The notes: a model not told the origin generated them from the sequence alone. A DNA stretch of 48,000 nt from Fischerella sp. CENA71 (GCA_024239075.1 JANBVI010000072.1:16622-64621), one strand, 5' to 3'. Numbered from the stretch's first letter, positions 6,379 to 15,549 are shown. A program made the numbers and translations.

Positions 6379-8748
6379 ATGTTAAAGCAAAAATTACAAA
6401 CACTATTTAAGAAGCGTAAAGATACTCGGCGTCGTACTCCCACCTTACTCCAAATGGAGGCTGTGGAATGTGGCGCTGCTTCTTTAGGAATTATTCTTGG
6501 TTATTATGGTCGAATTGTGCCGTTGGCGAAACTCCGTCAAGATTGCGGTGTGTCGCGTGACGGAAGTAAAGCTACTAATGTTCTTGCTGCTGCTAGAACC
6601 TATGGGTTAAATGCCAAAGGTTTCAAGACAGATTTAGACGGACTGCGGGAAATGGCATGTCCTTACATTGTGTTTTGGAATTTCAACCATTTCTTAGTAG
6701 TAGAAGGATTTGGTAAGTATCGAGTTTATCTTAATGATCCTGCTAGTGGACCACGCCATGTTTCCATGCAGGAATTTAGCAATTCTTTCACGGGTGTAGT
6801 GTTAGTTTTGCAACCTGGTCCAGAGTTCAAAAGAGGGGGACACAAACCCAGCATTATTGCAGCTTTGTGGCAAAGAATGCGCTTTTCGATTGTGGCACTC
6901 GTATATTGTATAGTAGCAGGATTGTTTTTGGTGATTCCTGGGATGGCAATGCCAGCTTTTTCTCAGGTGTTTGTAGATAATATTTTAATTCAGGGTCGCA
7001 AAGAATGGTTGAATCCCCTGATTATTGGAATTTTATTCACAGCATTAATTACTGGATTTTTGACGCTGTTACAGTTGCAGTCTCTGCGCCGAATGAAAAT
7101 CAAGCTATCTGTGGGAATGTCCAGTCAATTCCTGTGGCACATTTTACACTTGCCTGTGAGTTTTTATGATCAACGATTTGCTGGGGAAATCAGCAGCCGT
7201 GTTCAACTCAACGACTCTTTAGCGGGTCTGCTTTCTGGGAAATTAGCAACCACAGCGATCGCAGCAGTCACGGTAATTTTTTATGCAGTGATTATGCTGC
7301 AATATGACGTAGTCCTAACTTCAATTGGCATAGCTTTTGTTGCTTTTAATCTTCTCGCCTTGCAGTGGGTGTCACGACGGCGCGTAGATGCCAATATGCG
7401 ATATCAACAGGATCAAGGCAAGGTTACTGGGGTATCAATTTCTGGTCTTCAAAGTATGGAAACGCTCAAGTCATCCGGCTTGGAGTCAGATTTTTTCTCC
7501 AGATGGGCTGGTTATTATGCCAAATCGATTAACGCCAAACAGGAGATGGATGTCACCAACCAGGCTTTAGGGGTGTTACCTTCTTTCCTTTCTAGAATTG
7601 CTTCCATGTTACTGATTACCGTCGGTGGTTTACGGGTGATAGATGGACATTTAAGCATTGGTATGTTGGTAGCATTTCAGGCTCTCATGCAACAATTTAT
7701 GCAGCCTGTGAACAATCTGATTACTTTGGGAAGCAGTCTACAAGAAGTAGAAGGTAGTATTACGCGCTTGGATGATGTGTTGCGTAACCCGACGGATCGG
7801 GGAGTAGGGAGCGGGGACAAGGGAGCGGGGATTGGGGACAGGGAGACGCGGGGACAAAAAGACGCGGGGATAGGAGGACAAGGGGGACAGAGAAGACAAG
7901 GAGGACAGCAGGAGATGAAAGATATTTTTGATAAGTTGTCTGGTTTAGAAGATGAGTCTGTCGCCGCGTCAGCGCGTCAGCGCGTCAGCGCGTCTTTTGC
8001 TGCTCCAACAACTAAATTACAGGGATACGTTGAGTTACGCAATGTCACATTTGGCTATAACCGGGTTGCTGCTCCTTTAATTGAAAATTTTAATTTCTCT
8101 CTAAAACCAGGACAGCGAGTTGCTTTGGTAGGTGGAAGTGGTTCTGGTAAGTCTACGATCGCTAAAATGATTGCTGGATTATATGAACCTTGGGAAGGAG
8201 AAATCCTGTTTGATGGTCAACCCAGAAGTGAAATTCCTCGCCAAGTTTTAGTTAATTCCCTAGCTCTAGTAGAACAAGATATCTTTCTATTTGCTGGCAG
8301 TGTCAGAGAAAATTTAACGCTCTGGGATACCACTGTACCAGAAAGTAATTTAATACGTGCTTGTAAAGATGCAGCCATCCACGATATTGTGATCTCTTTG
8401 CCTGGTGGTTACGGTGCTGAACTATTAGAAGGCGCTAGCAATTTGAGCGGAGGTCAGCGACAGCGTTTGGAAATTGCCCGCTCTTTAGTGAATAATCCCG
8501 CTATTTTGGTGATGGATGAAGCTACTAGCGCTCTTGATACTGAGACAGAAAAAATCATTGACCGGAAACTCCGCCAGCGCGGTTGTACTTGTATTATAGT
8601 GGCGCATCGACTCAGCACTATCCGCGATTGTGATGAAATTATTGTTCTGGAACGGGGAAAAGTCGTCCAACGCGGAACTCATGACGAATTAAAGCAGGTT
8701 GAAGGTAAGTATTTGGAGTTGATTCGCAGTGAGGGGGGAGCGCTTTAA
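6379..8748 (+). CDS. Bacteriocin ABC exporter with N-terminal C39 peptidase domain (peptidase/permease/ATPase)
   Basis: 789 aa. C39 catalytic context LLQMEAVECGAASLGIILGYYG with downstream NFNHFLVVEG and LNDPASG. Six-helix ABC TMD. NBD with GGSGSGKST (Walker A), LSGGQRQRLEIAR and ILVMDEATSALD. An unusually long low-complexity linker lies between TMD and NBD. Confidence 0.9.
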   Translation: MLKQKLQTLFKKRKDTRRRTPTLLQMEAVECGAASLGIILGYYGRIVPLAKLRQDCGVSRDGSKATNVLAAARTYGLNAKGFKTDLDGLREMACPYIVFWNFNHFLVVEGFGKYRVYLNDPASGPRHVSMQEFSNSFTGVVLVLQPGPEFKRGGHKPSIIAALWQRMRFSIVALVYCIVAGLFLVIPGMAMPAFSQVFVDNILIQGRKEWLNPLIIGILFTALITGFLTLLQLQSLRRMKIKLSVGMSSQFLWHILHLPVSFYDQRFAGEISSRVQLNDSLAGLLSGKLATTAIAAVTVIFYAVIMLQYDVVLTSIGIAFVAFNLLALQWVSRRRVDANMRYQQDQGKVTGVSISGLQSMETLKSSGLESDFFSRWAGYYAKSINAKQEMDVTNQALGVLPSFLSRIASMLLITVGGLRVIDGHLSIGMLVAFQALMQQFMQPVNNLITLGSSLQEVEGSITRLDDVLRNPTDRGVGSGDKGAGIGDRETRGQKDAGIGGQGGQRRQGGQQEMKDIFDKLSGLEDESVAASARQRVSASFAAPTTKLQGYVELRNVTFGYNRVAAPLIENFNFSLKPGQRVALVGGSGSGKSTIAKMIAGLYEPWEGEILFDGQPRSEIPRQVLVNSLALVEQDIFLFAGSVRENLTLWDTTVPESNLIRACKDAAIHDIVISLPGGYGAELLEGASNLSGGQRQRLEIARSLVNNPAILVMDEATSALDTETEKIIDRKLRQRGCTCIIVAHRLSTIRDCDEIIVLERGKVVQRGTHDELKQVEGKYLELIRSEGGAL
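7797..7994 (+). repeat. In-frame G-rich repeat block plus 8-mer tandem repeat inside the ABC exporter linker
   Basis: 7797-7912 encodes RGVGSGDKGAGIGDRETRGQKDAGIGGQGGQRRQGGQQ from ggggacaagg/ggggattggggaca/gagacgcgggga/gacgcggggatag units. The same strings occur in the intergenic spacers at 6253-6301 and 8753-8769. 7965-7994 is cgcgtcag x3.75 (SARQRVSAS). Confidence 0.85.
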
Positions 8749-8752
8749 TTTT

Positions 8753-8769
8753 TGGGGATTGGGGACAAG
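8753..8769. repeat. Partial copy of the G-rich repeat (GGGGATTGGGGACAAGG) after the ABC exporter stop
   Basis: The 14-mer ggggattggggaca is identical to 7827-7840. Confidence 0.7.
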
Positions 8770-8817
8770 GAAGAAAATATAAAACTAAGCATTTACTATT
8801 GACTTTTAATTAAAATT

Positions 8818-11742
8818 ATGGTTAATCAAATTAGTTATGTAATCCCACAGGGGCAAGAATATATATTAAAGGGTAATCAACCAATTCTTTTAAATGACCC
8901 GCAGACGGTTTGGTTGATTAAGTCTGGTTCGATGGCGTTGTTTGCGATCGCAGTTCAAGATGGTGTTCCAGAGGGTTCGCGGCGTTATTTGTTGACTCTA
9001 GGAGATGGGGAGGCGATGTTCTCTACAATACCCAGTCAACAGGAGGAGCAACGCCAGATCCTAGCGGTATCGATGGAGGAGACTGAACTCCTGAAGATGT
9101 CAAAAACAGATTTTAACAGGTTGATTGCCAACAACAATGATGAGGCGGTGTCTCTGGTTGAGGGCTGGGTAAATCAACTAGGCTTGGCACTATCTGAAAT
9201 AGTCCCTCCAAAAATGCCTGTTAAACCAGAGGGAATTAACTTTTTCTCTTTAAATAAGGGTGATATTTTTCAACCCCAATCTAGTACTGTGTCTTGGGTG
9301 GAAATTCAGGAAGGCTATGTTTGTTGGATGGGGATTGAAGAACTAGACATTTATCCCAGTTCTGGAATTCTGCCTTTGAGTGCAGATATGTGGTTGCAAG
9401 CAGATAGTATTGTTGAGCTTGCTACCACTAACACCTCAGATTTGAATAATGGAGATATCATATTAAGTAGCTTGTCTCAATTGACAATCTATTTCCTGCA
9501 AGGTATTGACTTATTAGATCAGTCGGCAACGACCGCAGAATTACGTAGATTTCAAGAAAGAGAACGTCTCAATTATCAAGTCATGCAGGAGGCGTTGGGA
9601 GAGCTTTCGTCTGTATTGGAAGTACGGAAACCAGCTTTTTCTTCGGAGACAAAATCAGCTGATGATCCAGATCAGGCTTTGATGATTGCTGCTGGTGCGG
9701 TGGGACGTGCTTTGGGTATTAAAATTTGTCCTCCGGCTCAATCAGAGGATCTTAGACGAGTGGTAGAACCACTAGAAGCGATCGCTCGTGCTTCACAAGT
9801 CAGAATGCGCCGGATTTCTTTGGCTGACAAGTGGTGGAAGAAAGATTCTGGCCCCATACTTACTTACACTAAAGACGATCACCCCGTAGCAATATTACCA
9901 ATCTCTGATAACCAGTACGAGATTTTTGATCCTTTAGAGCGGAGTCGTACTCGTGTAGATGAACACACTGCTGCTAAGTTATCTCCAACGGGCTACGTAT
10001 TTTATCGGCCTTTTCCAGATACAAAGTTTAAAATCCAAGATTTACTCCAGTTTGCACTACGGGGCCACATCAAGGAGCTAATTTATATCATGCTGGCGGG
10101 AGTGATCACAAGTGTACTAGGAATGCTCACACCCCAAGCTACTGCTATCCTCATTGACAACGCCATTCCGGATGCTAACCGGGGATTATTAACGCAAATT
10201 GGCTTAGGTCTTTTGGCTGTTACCTTTGGACAAACCATGTTTGACCTGACTCAAGCATTTGCCATTATCAGACTACAGACTTTTGCTGAATCTTCTACAC
10301 AGGCGGCGGTATGGGATCGGTTGTTAAATTTGCAAGCGTCGTTTTTTCGTCAGTACTCAGTTGGTGATTTGAAATCTCGTGTTAGTAGCATCTCGCAAAT
10401 TCACCAGAAATTAAGTAGTACTGTACTCAAGAGCATTTTTTCTAGTTTCTTTTCTTTGCTGAATCTTGGATTGTTGTTTTACTACAGTTCAACACTCGCT
10501 TTGCTTGCATGTTTGGTTGCTGTTGTCAATATTGCCATTACTATTTTTTCTGGTATATTAACTGTACAAAAGTTTCGTCCTTTGCTAGAGCTAGAAGGAC
10601 AAATCTTTGGTGTCATGGTGCAGTTGATTAATGGTGTATCAAAAATTCGAGTTTCTGGTGCAGAGACACGAGCTTTTGCTTACTGGAGTAGACAATATAC
10701 CCATCAACTCAAGCTAATGTTGAGAACTCAGAGCATCGAAGATGGTGTTAGTTTTATTACTAAAGTCCTACCACCTTTAACGAATGCTCTTCTGTTTTGG
10801 GTTGCTGCTAGCATGATTCAAGAGTCACCTGGAAGTGGTGGTTTATCTACTGGTATTTTCCTTGCTTTTAATGCTGCGTTTGGTAGCTTTATTGGTGGAG
10901 CAACTAGTTTAAGCACCACAGTTGTAGACATTATGCAAGTCTTACCAATGTGGAAGCGTGCTGAACCAATTCTCACAGCCATACCAGAAATCACTTCCAG
11001 CAAAACTGATCCTGGGAGACTATCAGGTAAGTTACTTGTAGACCATGTGGTTTTTCGCTATCGAGATGATGGGCCGCTAACTTTGGATGATGTCACCATC
11101 AAAGCTGACCCAGGAGAGTATATTGCTCTTGTTGGGCCTTCTGGGAGTGGTAAATCAACTCTGTTTCGTCTGTTACTGGGCTTTGATCATCCTGAATCTG
11201 GCACGATTTACTACGATGGACAAGATTTGGCTGGGTTGGATGTCAATGCTGTGCGGCGACAGTTGGGTGTTGTCATGCAAAATAGCCGCATGATGTCAGG
11301 TTCAATCTTTGATAACATTGCCAGTGGCGCAATGATCACGATGGAAGAAGCTTGGGATGCAGCGCGAGCATCCGGTTTAGCGGATGATATCGAAACTATG
11401 CCGATGGGTATGCATACGGTAGTGAGCGAGGGTGCAACTAACTTATCTGGGGGACAACGACAAAGGTTATTAATTGCACGGGCGTTAGTATTGAAACCTC
11501 GGATTTTGTTATTTGACGAAGCTACTAGTGCTTTAGATAATAAAACTCAAGCAATTGTCAGTGAAAGCTTGGAAAGATTACAGGTAACTAGAATTGCGAT
11601 CGCTCATCGACTCAGCACTATCCGTAATGCTCACCGTATATATGTTCTTCAGGGCGGTAGAGTAGTTCAACAGGGTAGTTTTGACGAACTAGCACAACAA
11701 CAAGGCCTGTTTGCTCAGTTAATGGCACGGCAGATGCTATAG
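8818..11742 (+). CDS. Second bacteriocin-system ABC exporter (N-terminal cNMP-binding-like domain + Cys-less C39-like domain + TMD + NBD)
   Basis: 974 aa. The N-terminal ~130 aa resemble a cNMP-binding beta-barrel. Residues ~285-400 (DQALMIAAGAVGRALGI...HPVAILP...YEIFDP) look like a C39-like domain with no Cys at the catalytic position. NBD: GPSGSGKST, LSGGQRQRLLIAR, ILLFDEATSALD. Confidence 0.85.
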   Translation: MVNQISYVIPQGQEYILKGNQPILLNDPQTVWLIKSGSMALFAIAVQDGVPEGSRRYLLTLGDGEAMFSTIPSQQEEQRQILAVSMEETELLKMSKTDFNRLIANNNDEAVSLVEGWVNQLGLALSEIVPPKMPVKPEGINFFSLNKGDIFQPQSSTVSWVEIQEGYVCWMGIEELDIYPSSGILPLSADMWLQADSIVELATTNTSDLNNGDIILSSLSQLTIYFLQGIDLLDQSATTAELRRFQERERLNYQVMQEALGELSSVLEVRKPAFSSETKSADDPDQALMIAAGAVGRALGIKICPPAQSEDLRRVVEPLEAIARASQVRMRRISLADKWWKKDSGPILTYTKDDHPVAILPISDNQYEIFDPLERSRTRVDEHTAAKLSPTGYVFYRPFPDTKFKIQDLLQFALRGHIKELIYIMLAGVITSVLGMLTPQATAILIDNAIPDANRGLLTQIGLGLLAVTFGQTMFDLTQAFAIIRLQTFAESSTQAAVWDRLLNLQASFFRQYSVGDLKSRVSSISQIHQKLSSTVLKSIFSSFFSLLNLGLLFYYSSTLALLACLVAVVNIAITIFSGILTVQKFRPLLELEGQIFGVMVQLINGVSKIRVSGAETRAFAYWSRQYTHQLKLMLRTQSIEDGVSFITKVLPPLTNALLFWVAASMIQESPGSGGLSTGIFLAFNAAFGSFIGGATSLSTTVVDIMQVLPMWKRAEPILTAIPEITSSKTDPGRLSGKLLVDHVVFRYRDDGPLTLDDVTIKADPGEYIALVGPSGSGKSTLFRLLLGFDHPESGTIYYDGQDLAGLDVNAVRRQLGVVMQNSRMMSGSIFDNIASGAMITMEEAWDAARASGLADDIETMPMGMHTVVSEGATNLSGGQRQRLLIARALVLKPRILLFDEATSALDNKTQAIVSESLERLQVTRIAIAHRLSTIRNAHRIYVLQGGRVVQQGSFDELAQQQGLFAQLMARQML

Positions 11743-11872
11743 TTTTTTGTCATTGATAATTCATATTCGGTTAATACTCCTCTTCTGTTACTTTCCCTAG
11801 ATGAAAAGATGTAACCCTTGCCAGTCAGGAGTTTCAGTTTATTTTACAATCAAAATTTCCTCTCAACAAAAA

Positions 11873-11902
11873 GATGCTTCCTGTAAAAAAACAAGAAGCA
11901 TC
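11873..11902 (-). terminator. 8-bp hairpin with T-run on the minus strand
   Basis: GATGCTTC (11873-11880) / GAAGCATC (11895-11902). The minus strand reads GATGCTTC-ttgtttttttacag-GAAGCATC-TTTTTGTTG. It lies downstream (minus sense) of the IS remnant. Confidence 0.35.
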
Positions 11903-12052
11903 AAATCAGTGTTTTGACTAAGGCGACTTCACCATTACAGTACAATTGTACTATTAAGTATGGTGATCGCACAATTCATTCTTGTATCTAAGGTTCAGAG
12001 TAGAAGGATGATTTTTATCTACTCGTAGCAAAAAAGAGAATGGGGATGAGTT

Positions 12053-12087
12053 GGTCGGCATCGGAATTTGCCGACCATTGGTCGGCA
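12053..12087. repeat. Triple GGTCGGCA / TGCCGACC / GGTCGGCA alternating inverted repeat
   Basis: ggtcggca(12053-60) tcggaatt tgccgacc(12069-76) att ggtcggca(12080-87) aaaaattttt. Two mutually exclusive 8-bp hairpins are possible. It may be an IS end or a terminator. Confidence 0.4.
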
Positions 12088-12192
12088 AAAATTTTTGGTT
12101 AGGGTGGGGTAAAAATATTTTTGCAAGAGGTCTATTCTTCCAAGAACACCATGTCAGCCTCCGCCCACCTTGGTTTTTCTCCTCACCTTGGT

Positions 12193-12330
12193 TTAGATCA
12201 AAGCCCTTCTAAGCCCAGCCCAAGCAGCCAAGTGTTCGGCACTTGGGAAACGAGTCATATCGGTGCCAATTTCCGAGACAATAATATCAGCATATCGGCG
12301 CTGACACTTGGATACCTCTTCCGGTCGATT
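12193..12330 (-). pseudogene. IS110-family (DEDD) transposase remnant, C-terminal fragment only
   Basis: Minus-strand frame reads NRPEEVSKCQRRYADIIVSEIGTDMTRFPSAEHLAAWAGLRRALI*. The string IGTDMTRFPSAEHLAAWAGL matches the conserved IS110/IS116/IS902 C-terminal motif (EIG.DMS.FPSA.HLASWAGL). The fragment is bounded by stops, with no intact upstream ORF. Confidence 0.55.
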
Positions 12331-13275
12331 CTAACTTGCGACTCCTTTAGATTTTCTTTATGAATCGGCTCTGAAACTTTAAGATTTTATTTTAAATGTA
12401 GATCAGTCCTTATTATCTAACTTTTGACTGAACCTTCTATAACTTTTGTTAGAGGATTATGTTTTGAAAACCATAACAATAGAGATAGTTATTTTTGGCT
12501 TTACGAGGTATGTCTAATACCCGATCAATCTAACCTAAGCATTAGATATTGGAAACATGGATTCAGTATTTAGCAGACAGAACCATTTACTCTTCTAGGT
12601 CTATCGATCTCATCGATCTCTATGATTTGGAAATTAGTTTATTGATCAATTGCTTGAGTTTTAGGTATCTGGTTAATATTAACAAGTTACCAAAATTACT
12701 AACTAGATAATCATAAGCAATTACAATCTCTTTCTGTCTGCTGGTTAAATAATTGAGTACTAAACAGTATCGAGACTACAAAAAATTGAGCAATCACGTT
12801 ACCAATGCTTTTGATTTTTTTGGCTCAGTAATTTTTGCGTGATGTACAAACAGATACCAATCCGTTTATCATCTTTAAACAAACCGACTACAACAGAGTA
12901 TCCACAACTTCTCTGGTGATAAATCAGTGAGAATTAACTAAGGGTAGCTGCTCAATGTCCAAGCATCTGCCACTGATACTAGATTTTGTCTCTTCAGACC
13001 ATCAGTTGATAATTTAGCTTGATAACGAGTTAAAACAATCTTTCCTTCTTAATTAACTTGCCTTGAAAAATTTCTATACTCTTTTCTCCAAGAACTCAAA
13101 ACTCTAACGGAACCATATTGCCTTGAAATCTCCGGGTATTTCAGCAAATTGGCAAAGGTATTGGTATTGATATCAAGAAAAGTTAAGTTACGCGATTGCC
13201 TTGTAGTTCACGCTTTAATAAGTGACTACAAACTTTTGATTGTTAACGCTAATTTACTTAGAAGGTAGCAAGCGA

Positions 13276-14301
13276 ATGCACTCATTAGCTAAAATTGATA
13301 TCTCTTCAAAAGAAAATGTATACGCCTTGAATTCAGGAATCTTAACGACTATTGGTAATACACCTCTAATCAAGTTGAAAAATGTTTTTAAAGATGCTCA
13401 ATTTCAACTTTTTGCTAAGTTAGAAATGTTTAACCCTGGAGGTAGTATTAAAGACCGTCCAGCCTTAAATATCCTGTTGAATGCATTTGAAAAAGGGGAT
13501 ATAAAACCCGGAGATACAATTATTGAATCAAGTTCAGGAAACTTAGGTATTGGACTAGCACAAGCAAGTATTATGTTGGGGTTACATTTTATATGCGTAA
13601 TTGACCCGAAAACAACACAACAAAATATTAACATCCTCAAAACTTATGGTGCAGAAGTTGATTTGGTCACAAAACCAGACCCGATTACAGGTGATTTTTT
13701 ACCCGCGCGCATTAATCGTGTGAAATCATTGTTGAGTTCAATTCCCAATAGCTTTTGGTGTAATCAGTATGCCAATTTGAATAATGCACGCGCTCATTAT
13801 CAAACAATGCACGAAATTATGAGTGCTCTTGATGGTAGATTGGACTACCTATTCTGTTCAACAGGTAGTTGCGGAACACTGCGTGGTTGCGCTGAATATA
13901 TCAGAAGTCACGATTTCAACACAAAAGTGATCGCCGTTGATGCGAAAGGGAGTGTGATTTTTGGTGACAAACGAAGTAAACGGCTCATCCCAGGACATGG
14001 GGCCGCGCGAGTTCCAGAATTGTTTCAACCTGGACTAGCAGATGTATATGTGCATGTCACTGATATGGACTGTATTATCGGTTGTCATCGCTTGCTTCGG
14101 AGTGAAGCGATATTAGCAGGAGGTTCATCAGGAGGAGTCATAGCAGCAATTGACAAAAAACGAAAAGAGATACCAATTGGTGCAACTTGTGCTGCCATAC
14201 TTTGCGACCGTGGTGAACGTTATCTTGACACCATTTATTCAGAAACTTGGGTTAAAGAACATTTTGATGAACTTGTAAAAATGCAATACCTTGCGTCTTG
14301 A
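13276..14301 (+). CDS. sbnA: PLP-dependent CysK-fold enzyme, SbnA-like (N-(2S)-2-amino-2-carboxyethyl-L-glutamate synthase; L-2,3-diaminopropionate pathway step 1)
   Basis: 342 aa from the ATG at 13276 (SD GAAGG 11 nt upstream; the track start at 13240 is TTG). GNTPLIKL...EMFNPGGSIKDRPA (PLP-Lys motif of the cysteine-synthase fold), SSGNLG, GSCGT. It is followed 51 nt later by an ornithine-cyclodeaminase-family gene, the SbnA/SbnB (VioB/VioK) arrangement. Confidence 0.7.
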   Translation: MHSLAKIDISSKENVYALNSGILTTIGNTPLIKLKNVFKDAQFQLFAKLEMFNPGGSIKDRPALNILLNAFEKGDIKPGDTIIESSSGNLGIGLAQASIMLGLHFICVIDPKTTQQNINILKTYGAEVDLVTKPDPITGDFLPARINRVKSLLSSIPNSFWCNQYANLNNARAHYQTMHEIMSALDGRLDYLFCSTGSCGTLRGCAEYIRSHDFNTKVIAVDAKGSVIFGDKRSKRLIPGHGAARVPELFQPGLADVYVHVTDMDCIIGCHRLLRSEAILAGGSSGGVIAAIDKKRKEIPIGATCAAILCDRGERYLDTIYSETWVKEHFDELVKMQYLAS

Positions 14302-14352
14302 AATAGGTGATGAATCTAAAGTTCAATTTTCCCAACTACAGGAGATTTACTA

Positions 14353-15390
14353 ATGAATTATGATGACATTCTTCTATTAAAAGGATCGGAGATAATTGCG
14401 CTATTCAAAAACCGCGAACAGGAAATATTACAAACAGTCAAATCCGCCTATCAAATACATGCTCAAGGCAAGAGTTGTCTGCCTCATTCTAGTTTTTTGC
14501 GTTTTCCTAACAATGAAAAAGACAGAATTATTGCCTTGCCAGCTTACTTAGGTGGTAAAGTGAATACTGTCGGTATCAAATGGATTGCTTCTTTTCCAGA
14601 TAATCTAGCTTTGGGCATGGAACGAGCTTCGGCTGTTTTAATCCTAAATTCGGCACAAACTGGTCATACACAAGCGATTATGGAAAGTTCTGTTATCAGT
14701 GCAAAACGCACTGCTGCTAGTGCTGCGATCGCAGTTCAGTACATCTATGGCAAGCAAATTTTAACCCGATTGGGACTGATTGGTACTGGATTGATTAATT
14801 TTGAAATAATTCGCTTTGTGCTAGCTACATATCCTGAAATTGAAACTTTATTAATTTATGACTTAAGTCGAGAAAGAGCAGAGAAATTTAAACATAAGTG
14901 TCAACAACTCTCTCCAGCATTGGAAATTGTAATTGTAGAACAACCCAATGATGTATTTCAAAATACCTCAGTTATTTCTTTCGCAACAACCGCAACAAAA
15001 CCACACATTTTCGATATTTCAAAATGTAGTCCTGGTAGTCTAATTTTGCACATTTCTTTACGAGACTTATCACCAGAAATTATCTTATCGGCTGACAATA
15101 TCGTTGATGATATAGACCACGTATGTAGAGCGCAAACATCTATTCACTTAGCTGAACAACAAACGGGTAATAGGGATTTTATTAGATGTACTATTGGCGA
15201 TATTATTAATAGTATTGTTCCAGTACGAGAGGACAACAACAAGATAGCGATATTCAGTCCTTTTGGACTGGGTGTTCTTGACCTCGCGTTAGGACAGCTA
15301 GCTTACAAACTTGCGATTAAGCAAAATCAAGGAACTACAATCGAGTCATTTTTACCAGTTTCTTGGTTACAGCGGGAAGAATATTACTGA
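14353..15390 (+). CDS. sbnB: Ornithine cyclodeaminase/mu-crystallin family NAD enzyme, SbnB-like (L-2,3-diaminopropionate pathway step 2)
   Basis: 345 aa with SD AGGAG upstream. Rossmann motif LGLIGTGLINFEI, plus KRTAASAAIA typical of the OCD family. It is paired with the SbnA-like gene and sits immediately upstream of the NRPS. Confidence 0.7.
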   Translation: MNYDDILLLKGSEIIALFKNREQEILQTVKSAYQIHAQGKSCLPHSSFLRFPNNEKDRIIALPAYLGGKVNTVGIKWIASFPDNLALGMERASAVLILNSAQTGHTQAIMESSVISAKRTAASAAIAVQYIYGKQILTRLGLIGTGLINFEIIRFVLATYPEIETLLIYDLSRERAEKFKHKCQQLSPALEIVIVEQPNDVFQNTSVISFATTATKPHIFDISKCSPGSLILHISLRDLSPEIILSADNIVDDIDHVCRAQTSIHLAEQQTGNRDFIRCTIGDIINSIVPVREDNNKIAIFSPFGLGVLDLALGQLAYKLAIKQNQGTTIESFLPVSWLQREEYY

Positions 15391-15549
15391 TAGGATTTTG
15401 GATTATAGATTTGAAATTTAGAATCTATCTTGTAAAACTTCACTATAGTTCTAAAGTTCCAAATCTTCCTCTTTATTTCTAACAGTGCCTTGATTTCATA
15501 CGATGTTTCCAATTTCCATTTCGGTTCACACTATTAAACTCTATTTGCT

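Noticed and set aside
7797-7994. The G-rich segment in the ABC exporter as a frameshifted pseudogene region or an intein
   Set aside because: The ORF is continuous across it, and intact Walker A, signature and Walker B motifs lie downstream. There are no intein splice-junction or endonuclease motifs. The composition matches the local intergenic repeats.
12121-12363. 80-aa plus-strand ORF from the track
   Set aside because: It has no recognisable motifs or SD. The opposite strand over the same bases carries the IS110-family transposase motif (FPSAEHLAAWAGL), so the plus-strand ORF is most likely a shadow of a decayed IS.
13276-15390. sbnA/sbnB as markers of a staphyloferrin-B-like (NIS) siderophore locus
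   Set aside because: The window has no IucA/IucC-type NIS synthetases, no TonB-dependent receptor and no iron-uptake ABC genes. The pair is instead operonic with an NRPS whose A-domain pockets are acidic.
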